64,000 nucleotides of DNA from Octopus sinensis (GCF_006345805.1 NC_043006.1:31000001-31064000), one strand, 5' to 3'; counted from the first letter of the stretch, positions 39,139-52,739 are shown. Program-made: numbers and translations. The notes: generated from the sequence alone by a model not told the origin.

Positions 39139-39142
<4 letters not shown>
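39016..39142. repeat. Perfect 56-bp inverted repeat with 15-nt loop, derived from the RTE-tail repeat
   Basis: 39016-39071 is the exact reverse complement of 39087-39142. Confidence 0.92.
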
Positions 39143-39186
<44 letters not shown>

Positions 39187-39281
39187 ATGTGAGTGTGTAT
39201 ATATATATATGTATATATGTGTATGTGTGTGTGTGTGAGTGTGTATATATATATGTGTATATATATATATATATATGTGTA

Positions 39282-39312
<31 letters not shown>

Positions 39313-39317
39313 GTGTA

Positions 39318-39364
<47 letters not shown>

Positions 39365-39373
39365 ATATGTGTA

Positions 39374-39404
<31 letters not shown>

Positions 39405-39409
39405 GTGTA

Positions 39410-39455
<46 letters not shown>
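39141..39455. repeat. Compound (AT)/(GT) microsatellite, about 315 bp
   Basis: Direct reading; source of the YIYI/ICVY pseudo-ORFs. Other microsatellites: (AT)n 13719-13785, (GA)n 30075-30135, (AAT)n 46331-46458. Confidence 0.95.
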
Positions 39456-39456
<1 letters not shown>

Positions 39457-40051
39457 GTATGTTTGTTTGAATGTTTCTTTCTGTGTGCATTTACATTTGT
39501 GCAACGTACAAGCAGTGATGTTGTCAGTTTTCCTTTTCATAAATTGTTAGCTTTGTACGTTTTCAAGTTGTGTGGAATAAGACATCCCTCACTTGGCAAA
39601 CAGGTGTTGGCAACAAGAAGAGTGTCCAGCTGTAAAATAATGCCTCAATAGCATATTTGGGTAATCCATGCTAGTATGGAAAAACAGACATGAAAATGAA
39701 CATGTGTGTCTTTATATATAAAAACACATATGTACAATCCTTGCATGGTGTAACTTAAATGCCATGCCATATAAGCAGTATTTGTAACATGATGTACTTC
39801 TTTGTTCTTCAGAAAAAGAAGCTCTTTATAGAGAACTCAAGTATTTTAGGCCAAGTTTCCCTGAAAAAGTCTCCATAGTTACAAAGATCATGGAGTACAC
39901 ACAGAAAATATGAAATCAGAGAAGTGCTTCCAAAATAATATAATAATTTCAGAACTCTCTTTCTGCTTTTGATTTAGAGAAAGTGGTGGTGGGGTGGGGG
40001 ATGGGGTGAGGATAAGAAGAAACTAATGATTTTCTTTATTTTTATTTCCAG

Positions 40052-40237
40052 CTCCAAAAAGAGTTTGAGATTGATAAGCAGCAGGCTGTTGCTAGAGCTG
40101 TGACAAATATGCAGAGAGAAATTGACCGAGTTCGCCGCCAGACAACAGAGAAGATCAAAGAACAGTATATGGAAGAGATGAAAAAATTGTCTAAAAAACA
40201 TAAGGAATATATTTCCTATGTAAAGAAAAAACAATGG
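40052..40237 (+). CDS. ZMYND11: ZMYND11 coiled-coil exon ending KKKQW
   Basis: tttccag|ctc...tgg|gtaagt; 186 nt, phase 0/0; KQQAVARAVTNMQREIDR resembles human KRQAVNKAVANMQGEMDR. Confidence 0.95.
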
Positions 40238-41873
40238 GTAAGTTTCATAGTAGAGACTCCCTTTGTATTCTGGGAGGCGAAAATTTTTTTCCAACGAGAG
40301 TTCTGGGCCCCAGTTATGAACTCATTTGCATACAGCCTGTCAGAGATCAACTATCAAAACTAATTTATGGGTGCATAACAAGCAATGGGCGATAAGATAA
40401 GGTCACTTGGGTAAGGAATGACCATCCTTCTTTTCACTTTTAATAATGCTTCTTATTTCAACCATGGCTGCCTCTGTGCAGTTATTTGTGTTGTTGTTTA
40501 CTTTGTAAAACAGTAAAGGGAGAGAGTTGTTAGCACATCACCCTCTACCCACATTTTTATTATATGGAGCCCTAACAAAATTCGATAAAAGGTACAGATG
40601 CAAATCTGTCTAATTACTTGGCTCCTTCTAAAATCAGGCATAACTTGGTGATCGGTCGATTTACAACACCGTTCTTCGTCTTGAGAGAGTGTGTTTGTTA
40701 ACTTGACAAAAAGGTCAAAGTGAGCTCTGATTGGCTGTATGCAAATGAGTTCATTTCTGGGATCCAGAACTCTCGTGGGAAAAAGAATTTCACTTCTGGG
40801 GGACCACCATTTCTATTTTCCTTCCGTGCTTGTCATGCGCCGGTAACATGTGCTGCAAGGGAGGTAACTTACTATTCCTAAAACCTGTGGCGCATCTCAG
40901 ATTATCACAGTTGATGTTTCATAATTTTAAATTTTTGGCCGGAGGGAATTCGGGATGTCATAAATGGTTGTCGTCTTTGAAAAGGACATTGGCAAACTAA
41001 GTGGAAAATAACTGAGCTGGATGTCAAACTGTAACATCAGCTGTAATGGAGATATAGTTATGGATTAGAGTAGGGTAAAGAATGAGACGGATGTGAGGGG
41101 GATACAAATAGAATAAGATGGGAGAGTCGTCTGTCATTTGGGAAATAGAATCAGAAATGAGAGAGAGACATTGATGTTATGATGTGGAACAGTTATGTTT
41201 CGGTAGAATACAAACTGAATGAAACTAGCAGAACAGGGCTACCCATTCCACTTTATATTGCAACCAGACTAGGATTTGAACTCAACACTTAAGAATTAGT
41301 CAAATATTTGTTAGCTATATAGTTACCCTGTTTTTTTGGGGTTTTTTTTTTTGTTTTTTTGTTTTACAACTGTCTCCATCCCACGAATGCAACTTGTAAA
41401 ATATAGGTTTGTAAACCATGGAGGAGAGGTGAGTTCCAACATTTTTGACAATATGACCCCAAATTGACTTATGTTTGTGTGAGCTAAAGTGAATTAGTCT
41501 ATAACTCAACGTAATGGTGCTAAGGGTTAAAGGGCTAAACTCCTGACTATAAATGTTAGTCATTGAGTTGTCGAGTACATCACTTTGGTAACTTCATTTT
41601 TGTTTAATTTTTTAGCATCAAGTTTCACTTTTCATAGTTGATTGACGATTAATGACTGAAAGGATTTATTATGGCCACTAAACAATCATGCCCATGTAGG
41701 CATGACAGGATGGGTGTAAAATAGAGACAAATGAAAGTGTTTAATAGGGGTCAGCTTTTAGGGCCTGGTAAAAGGACTCAGTTTTCAGTATTTATGGGGC
41801 TCAACTTTCACCCTCCCCCCCACTATTTTCTTTCTTTCTCATTGTAACTCGACCTTTCCTTTATTTATTTTAG

Positions 41874-42164
41874 TGTTTCTTCTGTGGAGAGGAAGCTATG
41901 TACCATTGCTGCTGGAATACGGCCTATTGCAGCAAAACATGCCAAAAGGATCACTGGCAGAAAGAACACAAAAACGATTGTCGAAGGCCGCGGCCGAAAC
42001 CGAACACCACACAGCAGCAGGAACAGCAACAAATGGACAGCGACAGCGACAGCAGTGATGGCAACAATGGTAATCGTACTCATGGTCATGGAAGCAGTAA
42101 CTTCAGTTTAAGCGGCAGCTCTGGCAGTAGAGATGGCAGCTGTAAAAGCGTCCTTTACTATTAG
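41874..42164 (+). CDS. ZMYND11: ZMYND11 terminal exon: MYND finger [38 protein letters not shown], 56-aa extension, stop
   Basis: ttttag|tgt; 291 nt to TAG; [11 protein letters not shown] is identical to human ZMYND11. Confidence 0.96.
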   Translation, partial: CFFCGEEAMYHCCWNTAYCSKTCQKDHWQKEHKNDCRRPRPKPNTTQQQEQQQMDSDSDSSDGNNGNRTHGHGSSNFSLSGSSGSRDGSCKSVLYY

Positions 42165-42560
42165 ACATGTAACTTTGTGCTTAAGCATTTAGAATTGAAA
42201 TGGCAACAACAAATAATAGAAACACATTTTCTCCATCCCTCTCGCCCATCATGTCAGTATTGAAAGAAACCAATGCTCTTCAGAATTTTGGTTTTCCAAT
42301 TGAGATCGTGTGAACTCGATGATGATAATGACGATAATGACAAAAAAAAAAAAGATGAAAAAATGATAAAAAAAAAACAGCATAGTTAAACATTCATTGA
42401 TGCCCATCCTTGCTTTCATTTCATTGTCGTTATATATTTTTGTTTTCTAAGATTTTTAGATAATTTTTCATTGGTCTTTTATCCTTCTCTCAGAATTGAA
42501 TGATTTCAGTATTGAAGAGTAACGAAAGAATTTCTACAAAACTAAAAAATGACAAAAAGA

Positions 42561-42566
42561 AATAAA
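42561..42566 (+). terminator. Candidate polyadenylation signal for ZMYND11
   Basis: First AATAAA I noticed downstream of the stop (about 400 nt); no transcript evidence. Confidence 0.3.
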
Positions 42567-43339
42567 TTACATATAAAATACCAGGGATTGTTTGAGAAAG
42601 AACATAACTAAAAGAACATATATAAAAACACACAAACACACACACACGAGAATTTGTGAGTATATCCTCATGTTTGTCTCTACGTCTTTTTCCCTCTGTG
42701 TGTGTGTATATATATATATTTACTCTCTCTCACATACACACACACACACATGTATTTAATAGAGTTATTACATAGTGTTAGGACAATTAAAGGGATGAAG
42801 TAAACTTATGGTGAATGTTTTTTGGTCAACAGTCCATGTTGTTTTTCTATGAATTCGGTCCGTCTCTTTGTTGCAAATGATTGCACCGTTTTGTAAACGA
42901 GAAAAACCCCTATTTAGTTCTGTCCCAGTTTGCATTAATATTAATATACCAGTCAGCATCCTACCAGTTGCCCTTCTCTCTCTGGTCAGGGAAATCAGTC
43001 ACCTGTCTCACCTGTCTCTGATGAAGTGGTTGATCCAAAACACTGAAACCACACAAGTGGATGTCTTTTTTTACACCTGGCCACAGAGAGAGAATCCTAT
43101 GGTTTAACCACAGTGTGTGTGTGTGTCTGTATGCACATACTGATAATCCCTGTATGGAGAAAGAGAGAGAATTGTATGTTTTTATCGATATCTTTATGTA
43201 CCTATAAATCTCTTTCTCGCTCTCCACACACGCACACACACATCTACCGAGGTACATACATTCATGTAAATATCTTCACATTTGCATGCTCATTCGTATA
43301 TATACACATCCATCTTTAAACAGACAAACACTCATTCGC

Positions 43340-43430
43340 CAATCTCCTCATTCATCAGTCTCCTCATTCATCAATCTCCTCATTCATCAATCTCCTCATT
43401 CATTAATCTCCTCATTCATCAGTCTCCTCA
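43340..43430. repeat. 16-bp minisatellite caatctcctcattcat, about 5.7 units
   Basis: Direct reading. Confidence 0.85.
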
Positions 43431-43837
43431 CAAGCTCTTGCAGCCACACATTTCATTTGATCTACTTAAAAGTACACACACATACATGTGCACACATATG
43501 CATACATACACATATATATAAGTGTATACACACAGCAATAGTTTAGTCTCGATACTAAAACTACATGAATAGAGGTCCCACCTCTGGTGCAGTTTCCACC
43601 CCATATCACTTCTTGTGAAAGCACATAACTTTAAGTAATCTGAAAAACAATTAACCTACAAGGCAGAGCCCCAGTATGGCCACAGTCTAATGACTGAAAC
43701 AAGTAGAAGATAAAAAATACACACATATGCATAGTAGATGAATTTTTACTTAACCTTGACTTAAAATTTCATCTGAAGAATGCTTTCTTTAAGCATAAAT
43801 ATTTATGCTTTGGGAAATCAGCAATATTTATCAAGGG

Positions 43838-44200
43838 CAGAGGCTCTCAACCCTTTTTTTTTAACCTGTGGACCCCTTTTGTTACTATTTTTACTCTAGT
43901 GGACTCCTGTAGCCATTTGGTGTTTAAAAACCAGTTTTATAGATGCTTCTTTTAAAGTTCCTTTTTTGTTTTTCACCCATTCACTTGTAGAAGTTTGTAA
44001 TAGCACCATTTGAGAACAGACAAAAATATGTCTAACTATGTAAAAGAAACTAGGAAAAGAAACCCGTTTCTTGCAATAAATATATCAAAAGCAAGATGTA
44101 CTCACGGAACCCTTACAATATTACTGTGGACCCCCAATTTAATATTTTGCTTGTGTGGACCCCTAAAAATCTTAATGTGGAGCCTGGTTGAGAACCAGTG
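43838..44200. mobile_element. hAT (Charlie-like) MITE
   Basis: TIRs cagaggctctcaacc / ggttgagaaccagtg; degenerate 8-bp TSD atcaaggg / atctagtg. Confidence 0.75.
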
Positions 44201-46330
44201 ATCTAGTGTTTTATAGAAATCTATTTAGTTTAGAGCAAGGTCAGTAAAAGAGAGACTTTTGTTGTAGATACAACAGAAAAAAGTCAGGACTGATTTCAGC
44301 AATGGCCAACTTGTGTTTAGGATGTTGGTGAGTGAAGGATTTTGCCTTAGCAGGAGAGGACTGGAGAGATCATGGTGTGTTGTCTGAAGTATGTGATAAG
44401 TACACTTGTGCCATTCTATGTGTGACTTACATATGGCTGAGTAAATATTTAAGGTTGAAATGAAAGCCAATGATGGTTGTGTGATGTTAGCACAAGAGTC
44501 TGGAAGTGGGTGGTGATGGTTGTAGCAGGGGAGACAGAATGGTTTGAATTGTGTTTTTTCTGGCTTTGAATATTGACTGAACACTGATAGATTAATCTGA
44601 TTCCTTCTCTCCATCTTTAGACAGGCATCAAGATTGAAAAATGTTAGCAGAAAGAGGAAAGTGAAATAGTAAGAAACCCTGCCTTTCTTCAATGTATTAA
44701 CACCATAAATAGATTTAGTCGGATATCAAAACTGGATCATAGGTTCATATCAGTAAAAGTAGAACTTGATGGGGCTTACACACACATGCATACATCTCTT
44801 GAATAATCTTTTATTTTTATATTAGCGATAGTGATAATCCTCATTTGGTTGTTGGAACATCACTAAAAATCCTCCAACTTCTATTTACTACAAGGATTGA
44901 ACTCAACACTTCAAACTAACAATGGCCCTTTATTGTGCACAAAGACATGCTTTTGTCATGTTGTGGTTAGTTATTTCTAGAAGAGAACTGACACATTGAA
45001 AGTTTAGTGTGTTGTCTTCAATATTGACAATATTTATGACAGAATAACCACCAGCGAAGTCTTCAGATGGTTGCTTGGAACTCAAGCAACTCAGAAGTAA
45101 CTTTACAACCACACACACACACACACACATTCATACACTTTGTGGGTTAACATGGCTACCAACGGTTTTGTGTAGAGAAGGATCCAAAATGGAGATGAGT
45201 ACCAACATCTCCATGTGGCAGGCTTGAAAATTGTTAAGAGATATTTCCCTTTACATGAAACCATCGGTTGCCTTGTTAACCGACAAATAAAGAATATTTA
45301 TCTACCAATGTGATGTTGAGCACTCATTCTCACTGTTTGATATTAGCTAACACACACACTCATATATAAGAGAGAGAGAGAGAGAGTACATGTAATAATG
45401 CCAGTCCTTAATGTATACCTAACTCCTTCGTAATCCTCCTGACACTGAAAGTTATAGGGAAAAGAAAACCCATTGTTAAAACCTCTAAGCACACATTATT
45501 TCTGTCATTAACTAGAATGTGGTCATGCAAGTATTTTTATATATAAACACATTAACTTATAGACTTCAAGACACATTTCTATGAAGGCACCAATTTGTGT
45601 GTGTTTGTAAACTGTCCACTATGTATATGCTGTGTTTAATACATACATGTATTTACATTTTATCATAGCTCTAAAAAATCATAATTTTTCTCTTTGATGA
45701 AGGCCTTTGTTTGAAATGTCAGGGTTGTTGTCTCTCCACACAGACACGCATGCACGCCATAAGCTCTCTGTAATTAGATCAATAACAGTTTAGTATTCAA
45801 TGTGGATTGTTACAGGGTGCACACACTACAACACAGAGTTTGGATATAATAATAATAATAATGATGATGATGATTATTATAATGGTTTCTAATTTAAGCA
45901 CAAGGTCAGCAGCAAATTTGAGGAGAGGGGTTTAGTCACTATCATTGACTCCAGTGTTAGATTGGTACTTTATCTTATTGACTCTGAAAAGATGAAAAGT
46001 AAAGCCGACCTTGGTAGGACTTGAGCTCAGGATATAAAGAATGTAAAGAAGTTCTGCAAAGCAGTTTTTTCCAACTTTCTAGTAATTCTGTTCATTCACA
46101 TCCTTCCTCCAATAATAATAATAATGATAATAATAATATGTAAATTCTTCTTCATCTAAATGCGACCTTACTCATTCTGTGATTTTTCTCCCACAGACAT
46201 CAGTGTTTTCAATTGCATGGCCCCTCACCTGTTATCATCTTTGGATGCAAAACCTTGTTGTCCCTTGACGTCTGTGGTTGAGATCTGGGTGCAACTCCTA
46301 TAAATTAAAGCAAAACCAAAACATAGCAGC

Positions 46331-46363
<33 letters not shown>

Positions 46364-49300
46364 GTAATAATAATAATAATGATAATAGTAATAATAATAA
46401 TAAAAACAATAGTAATAATAATAGTAATAACGATAATAATAGTAATAATAATAATAATGTCTGCTACAGGCACCTGGTCACTAATTTAGAGGAAAGGATA
46501 TGATTGATGAAAGGAACCTGTATATCTGATGACCTTGCAAGTATGAAAATCTAGTTGAACCTGATTAGATTTGAATTTAGAATGGTGAGAGATGGAACTG
46601 AATACCAAAAGTTATTTAATCCATCAGTCTACTGTTTGTCTCCATCAACTGATTTGATGAGGATGCAGTGAAGGTGCTACTGGGATATCACAAACTGACA
46701 ATGATGATGATGATGATGGCTATGATAACAAATACATGTTTTTTTGTTTTGTCTGATTTTCTTTCCATTCATTCTCCATATCAAGTTTTACAGTGTACTG
46801 TTTGGTGTTCTGAGACAAGTGGTGGTGTCTTGCTCCCATGGATAGAATGCCAGTCTATCAGTGGATTGAAGCTCACCACCACAGTTTAATGAACCAACTG
46901 ACACTTTTTACTGACGTGACTGTGCCATTCCATGCTCACAGATCTCCAGCTTTTCAATGGATAGATTTCAAGTGTATCCCTGATGCGAACCAACTGCAGC
47001 ATATTGACATTGGAATAAATAAACTGACCCCCACCAACCTCCTTAGTTAAATTGCGGTAACTTTCTGTTTCCGTAGTGTTATATAATTCCATGTAGATAT
47101 GTTGGTTTATTCAAGAGTCTCATCAGTTATTATAACATTATGCCATGGCGGTGATTGTGTTGTTCTCCCCTAATATGGGGATGCAGGTTACGTGTCCTTT
47201 TCTATTCCTCTCTACCATGCAACATGTTACGTAACCATCAAGTTATTAATTTCAGGATCTCTCATAGATGGCACTCTGGATTGATTTCTCTTAAGATGAA
47301 TTCAATTCATCTTTGCAAGCTAAGAAAAAGACACTATTCATTAAGTATTCATTTTAATTAGTTAATTGATTAATTAAATGTTGTTCTCATGACTTATCCT
47401 ATTTACAAACAAAGTGAATATAACCAATGACAGTCTAAAGATTTAATCTTGGCTCCCAGCATATGACTGGTGAAACAATCCCGGCTGTATTAACTCTTTT
47501 AGCTGATATTTCCCTCTGGATTAAGGAAACCAGCTGAGACTGAAAATTATTTCGTCTGTTGATCTAATAGTTTATCAATAAGAACATCAGCTGAGTAAGG
47601 AGTGTGTGTGTGTGTTATATCACACTCAATCTTTTAAGAGTAAAAAGTAAAGATTCCCTTTGGTCATGAATGGCCATGGGTTTGCACCTAGAAGGTTCTC
47701 CTCCGAGGCACAAGTCTGGGCAAGGTTGTTTATGGAAGACCAACAGTTGTCCATGCTTACCAGCCTCCTCCTCCTCTCCATGCCACTGATTTTGTCTAAG
47801 AGAAAGACAGATACAGCTTGGCACCAGTGATGTTGCAACTCATTTTTACAGCTGAGTGAACTGGAACAATGTGAAATAGAGTGTCTTGCTCAAGAACACA
47901 ACACACAGTCTGGTCTGGGAATTGAACTCTCTACCTCATGATTGTGAGCTGTGTCTATTAACTCCTTGAAAAATTGTTTAGTTTTGTTCTGAAGAAAACA
48001 GGCACACTGCTATTATTTAATAGATTGAGAAGACTACCTTGTCAAAATTGCCACATTCGATCCGTCTCCATCTAACAACTGTCCTCCATTGCCAAATATG
48101 TCTGATATGGTCCTGCAAGGGTCTGATGTAGAGTGTCAGCTTTTGGCAGGCCAAATCTAGATCTACAGAAAATACTCTGCTGCAGGTGTTGGAGCAAATG
48201 AAGACTGGAGATCCAAGTTCTGTCTTGTTTAAAATATTGTCTGGATTTTTGCTTCCATACTTGAGATTTATAAAATAAATATCAGATATGTATTCAGCTA
48301 TGTTGAATTGACTCTATTCTCCCTATCTTTGTTGAGGATTTCAGTCCCTTGTGTGTGTGTGTGTGTGTGGTGAGGTAAGGTAAGGTAAGGTAATTAGCAT
48401 TGTCATCATCATCGATACAGTGTTTCCAAATGTGTTTTTTCCCCTTTTTTAACTCTAGCTGTTATTGTTTAGTTCTGATTGAGCAGACCTATTATCCAAG
48501 ACATTCCAGCCATAACCATCATGCCTTTTCCTCTACGTGCAGAGCACTCTGGACACTGTTTTCTAACTTGTTCTTTTCTAAGATGGTAGAGTATGATTTA
48601 GCTGCTATGTCTAGCTAGTGTGGCAAACACACTAAAACAACCTTAATGGTCTTCTAACATTGACCTGATAACTCAATGCTTCTTAGGATGAAGGAACAAA
48701 TCTACAAATTTAAGTATTTCTAACAGCAATTGCTGTTGTTTGGTCATAAATGGAAAGGAGCAGGTGGAAGGAAGCAATTAGTTTTAACTAATGTAGAAAT
48801 GCCTTGTGGGATCAGTTTTGTCTTTCATTTAGGAGTGATAAAATAAAGTAGCAGTCATGTACTGGGGTTCATGGAATCAACTAACTCTCTCAAAATTGCT
48901 GGCCTTTTTGCTTAAATAGAAACCATTATTATTAAAGTGGTGAACTGGCAGACACATTAGCATGCTGGACGAAATGCTTAGCAGTATTTCGTCTGTCTTC
49001 ATGTTCTGAGTGCAACTTCCGCCGAGGTTGACTTTGTCTTTCATCCTCTTGGGGTTGATAAACTAAGTAACAATCGAGTATTGGGATTGATGTAATCGAC
49101 TAGTCCCTCCCCCCTGCCGATAGTAGAAAGGGTTATTATTATTAATGCAGGGTCTGGATAAACTCTTGAGAATTGTAGACTAAGTACTTTAATGGTTATC
49201 AGTCTTTCCTTGAGGCTTACAATTCTTAGAGATCTCAAAATCATTCTGGGAACTCCCACCCCCAAGATCTGATCCTAAAACATTCAGAATTACTTCCAAC

Positions 49301-50888
49301 ACTAGCTGTTTTCGCTTTTATTGAAGTGATTTTGAGAGTCCCAGTATTTTGTGAGAGTGGTCGGAATGTGACATTTTCAAGAGAATTAAACATCAATCTC
49401 AAAATGATAGGCAGTTTGAAGAATTGTCTGTCACACCTTTTGCAGGTGTATGGTACCTTACTTTAGAAATTTTGTTTTATCAGCTTTACATTCCAAGTTC
49501 AAATCCGTCAATATGAATTTGGTGTTCCTCTGGGAAGCGAAGAGTGACCATGTTTCTAGACTGCAACAATGTAACATCATGTCTTGTAACTCAATGGCAT
49601 TCATTCAGGCACCTCACCCATCTTCTCTACAAGTATTGGCCTTGTGAAAAGAAGTTGTTATTAGTGTCATTGTTATGCCTTCTACCTTTGGTACAAGTCA
49701 TTATTAGTATCATTATCATTGTTATTGGATACCCTCAGTACTGAGCTTTGAAATTTTAACTCTGATTTTCATTTCATTCTCTCTCACTCTCTCTCTATAT
49801 ATATAATACATACATTATATATATATAATGTATGGTAAGCTTTAATTCAGCCCTTTTCATTTCCGAACATCTAATCCTGAAGACGGCAGTAAAAAATGGT
49901 GAGGATTTTACTCTGAAGTTTGACTTAAGGTAATGAAACGCTTCATTTAATATTGAAGGGGGACCACCGTGCCACCTCACCGTAATATCACACCTCTCTC
50001 TCTCACTCTCTTGTGCACACACACACTTCTATACAGTAGCAATTTATATCCTTGAATATGTATCTAACAGAGCAAAATTGTTAAAATTTGGGTGAAGGGG
50101 GATACAGCTAAAATATTATCATTATTAATATTTTTAATAATAATAATATATAAAGTTTTCTTGATTTTTACTTGTTTTTGATAAACTGTAATTTTGTTTG
50201 AGAAAGAAATAGACATTTTTTTTTTTTTTTCATTGAAATATATTTTCTTTTATTCATGGAGGGGTATGTCATTTTTTTTTCTTTTTGTTTGATACCTTTT
50301 TTTTTCCCATTAAAATGTATTAAAAATGCCTAAACAAATGACTTCATCTTGTTTTTCTTTGTTTTGTTTTACAACTCTGCATACCTGTATGTGATGTATG
50401 TTATTTGTTTTAACATTTTTATATGCATATACATATAATCATCCTCTCAATTATGGAAGGATTGCATCTCTGAAAGCTTTGTTGTAATGAAAAAAAAACC
50501 CTCCATAATGCAAAACTTGTATTCTTCTTGACTTCCAGGTTATCCCTTGTGAAACGTTTTTGCAATTTTTTTCTTTTGAACTCCCCCACAAGAAAACTGA
50601 AAAACAGACTTTGTTTTAATGGTTCCAATGATACTATAAGATGTTGCACAAGCATTCGGCTCTGAGCACAATGCATCTCAAAGCAGAAACAACTGTAAGC
50701 TAATGAATTTGATAATGCAATTCTCATTTAACTAATGTCATATTATGCTCTGTAGTCACTTAATGATTTATTCTGTGGCATGTTGAGTTCTAACAACTGG
50801 TTATTAATATCCCTACGCCTAAGCCAAATCACCTTCTGTCTATCTCGTGGGTTGGTGGTTAAGAAGTTTGCTTCACAACCACATGAAT

Positions 50889-52739
50889 ACTGAATATTAC
50901 CTCTACCTTCTTGCTCCCACCCCCACCAACTGATATTCACCATTGGTCACCCATCTTCACCATATTCCCCTCAACCTCTCTGAACTCCATTGCATGCCAC
51001 ACTTGGGTGTCTTCTATTGTAGCCCATTTTGACCAATGCCTTGGGAATTGGTTTCAAAGAAGGGAACTAATAGAAGTTGTGTACCTTTCCCTTAACATTG
51101 TTTTGAATCAGTTAAAATAGTAAACAAATTTTGATTGATACAAGCTTAGCAACAAACTTACAAATTATTGCTATCATAGAAAAGTGCAAAACTTTCTCTC
51201 CTGCTGTCTCCCACTCTCTCCTTCTCCTGCACTTCCCTCAGAGTGGGTAACCATGTATTTCCTTTGTGGCAGCACACCTGTTTCCATCTTCATTCCTAAT
51301 CTCTCTCTCTCTTATCCCTCCCCCTTTCTCCGGCTGGGTAACCATGTACCTCTTCTACAGCAAGACACCTGTTTCTGTCTCATTATAACCTTTCATCATG
51401 TGATACAAGATCACCTCCTCCAATGTCCACCTCCCCTCTCAAAAGATTTTTGTCTCTCAAGTCACTTGGTGACCCTGTCATTGCTGGTGCCACGTATAAA
51501 GCATCCAGTCCACACTGTAAAGTGGTTGGCATCCAGCTGTAAAAACCTTGCCAAAACTGACCTCACCTATACTTGTGTCATGTAAAAAGCACTAAGTCTG
51601 CTGTTGGGTGTTGGTGTTAGGAAGGGCATCCAGATGTAAAAATCCTGCCAAAACAGACAGTAGTCTGGTGCAGGCTCCTGTCAAACTGTCCAACCCATGC
51701 CAGTATGGAAGGAGGACATTAAACAATGATGAAGATTTAAAACTCTTCATTATGAGTCATTTAGCTCAACCTTTTAGCATTCACATTATGAAATCCTTAC
51801 TCATTCACATTGTTTTCAATTATCATTCATCATCTCATAGCTGTGAAATTTTGATGAGGAAACTTAATTATTTTCAGATGATATTGTAAGGTTGGTCTGA
51901 GAAATCAGACCTGATCAGTATGAACATAAAACAGAATATTTTGGCTGGCTATGGCCAATTTAAATGCTAAAAGGTTAAACAATTGATATAACCTACACTG
52001 TCTCAAATATGGCCGCAGCAAAATGGGGTAACATTTATTTCTCATGTATAATGTGCACCCCTAATTTTTAGGCTTAAAAATCGAATTCTAACGTACATTA
52101 AACAGGGCTAAATACAGCATCATGTATTGGTTGCATCATGTTACCTTCATCCAAGGATTCATGTTGTTCATGGATTTGGACACAGCAATCTTCAGTGGAT
52201 GCTGGCAGAATATTTTGTTGTTCTTTCACCATTTTTGGTAGTTATTTCATCTCTGGCAACGCTTGGGTGCTACTTACAAATTTGGACATGAGGATAATTC
52301 TGAAGAAAGCATTCTTACGGCTGGGCATTGACCGTTTAAGCTGACAACTTGTATATTACTAAATATTTTATTTTTCAATAAAGCTTTCTTAGAAGAGTTG
52401 CAGACCATTGGTGTTCTGAAGCAGGAAATGTTGTCAGTGAATGAAACAGTTCTTGAAATGCTGGTCACAGAAGTGGGAGGGAGGTGTTGAGGGACAGTTC
52501 ATCTGCAGGAGTAAAGTGGTGGATATTGCTGAAGATGAAAAAATAATTTACATGTCTAAAAGTTATATTAAAAAACACAAAATATTCTCAGGCAATATTG
52601 TTGATAAGTTTGCATTGGTGATTTATCTTTATTTATCATAACTGAATATTGCCTCTACCTTCTTGCTCCCACCCCCCACCAACTGATATTCACCATTGGT
52701 CACCCATCTTCACCATATTCCCCTCAACCTCTCTGAACT
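50889..52739. repeat. Near-identical 98/99-bp direct repeat pair (50889-50986 and 52641-52739)
   Basis: One substitution and one C-run indel between the copies. Confidence 0.85.
52628..52633 (-). terminator. Candidate polyadenylation signal for secernin
   Basis: AATAAA on - about 530 nt after the stop; no transcript evidence. Confidence 0.3.

Noticed and set aside
38992-39651. Cluster of 100-180 aa ORFs (YIYI/ICVY)
   Set aside because: Translations of an AT/GT microsatellite
49878-49945. cctgaaga...gaaacgc hammerhead-like spacing
   Set aside because: No stem II closing adjacent to GAAA and no stem I; also rejected ctgatgag on - at about 47120 for lack of a matching GAAA
51980-52480. Possible pogo/Tigger-like transposon remnant
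   Set aside because: Only a vague terminal-sequence resemblance; no TIR pair or DDE motif could be confirmed
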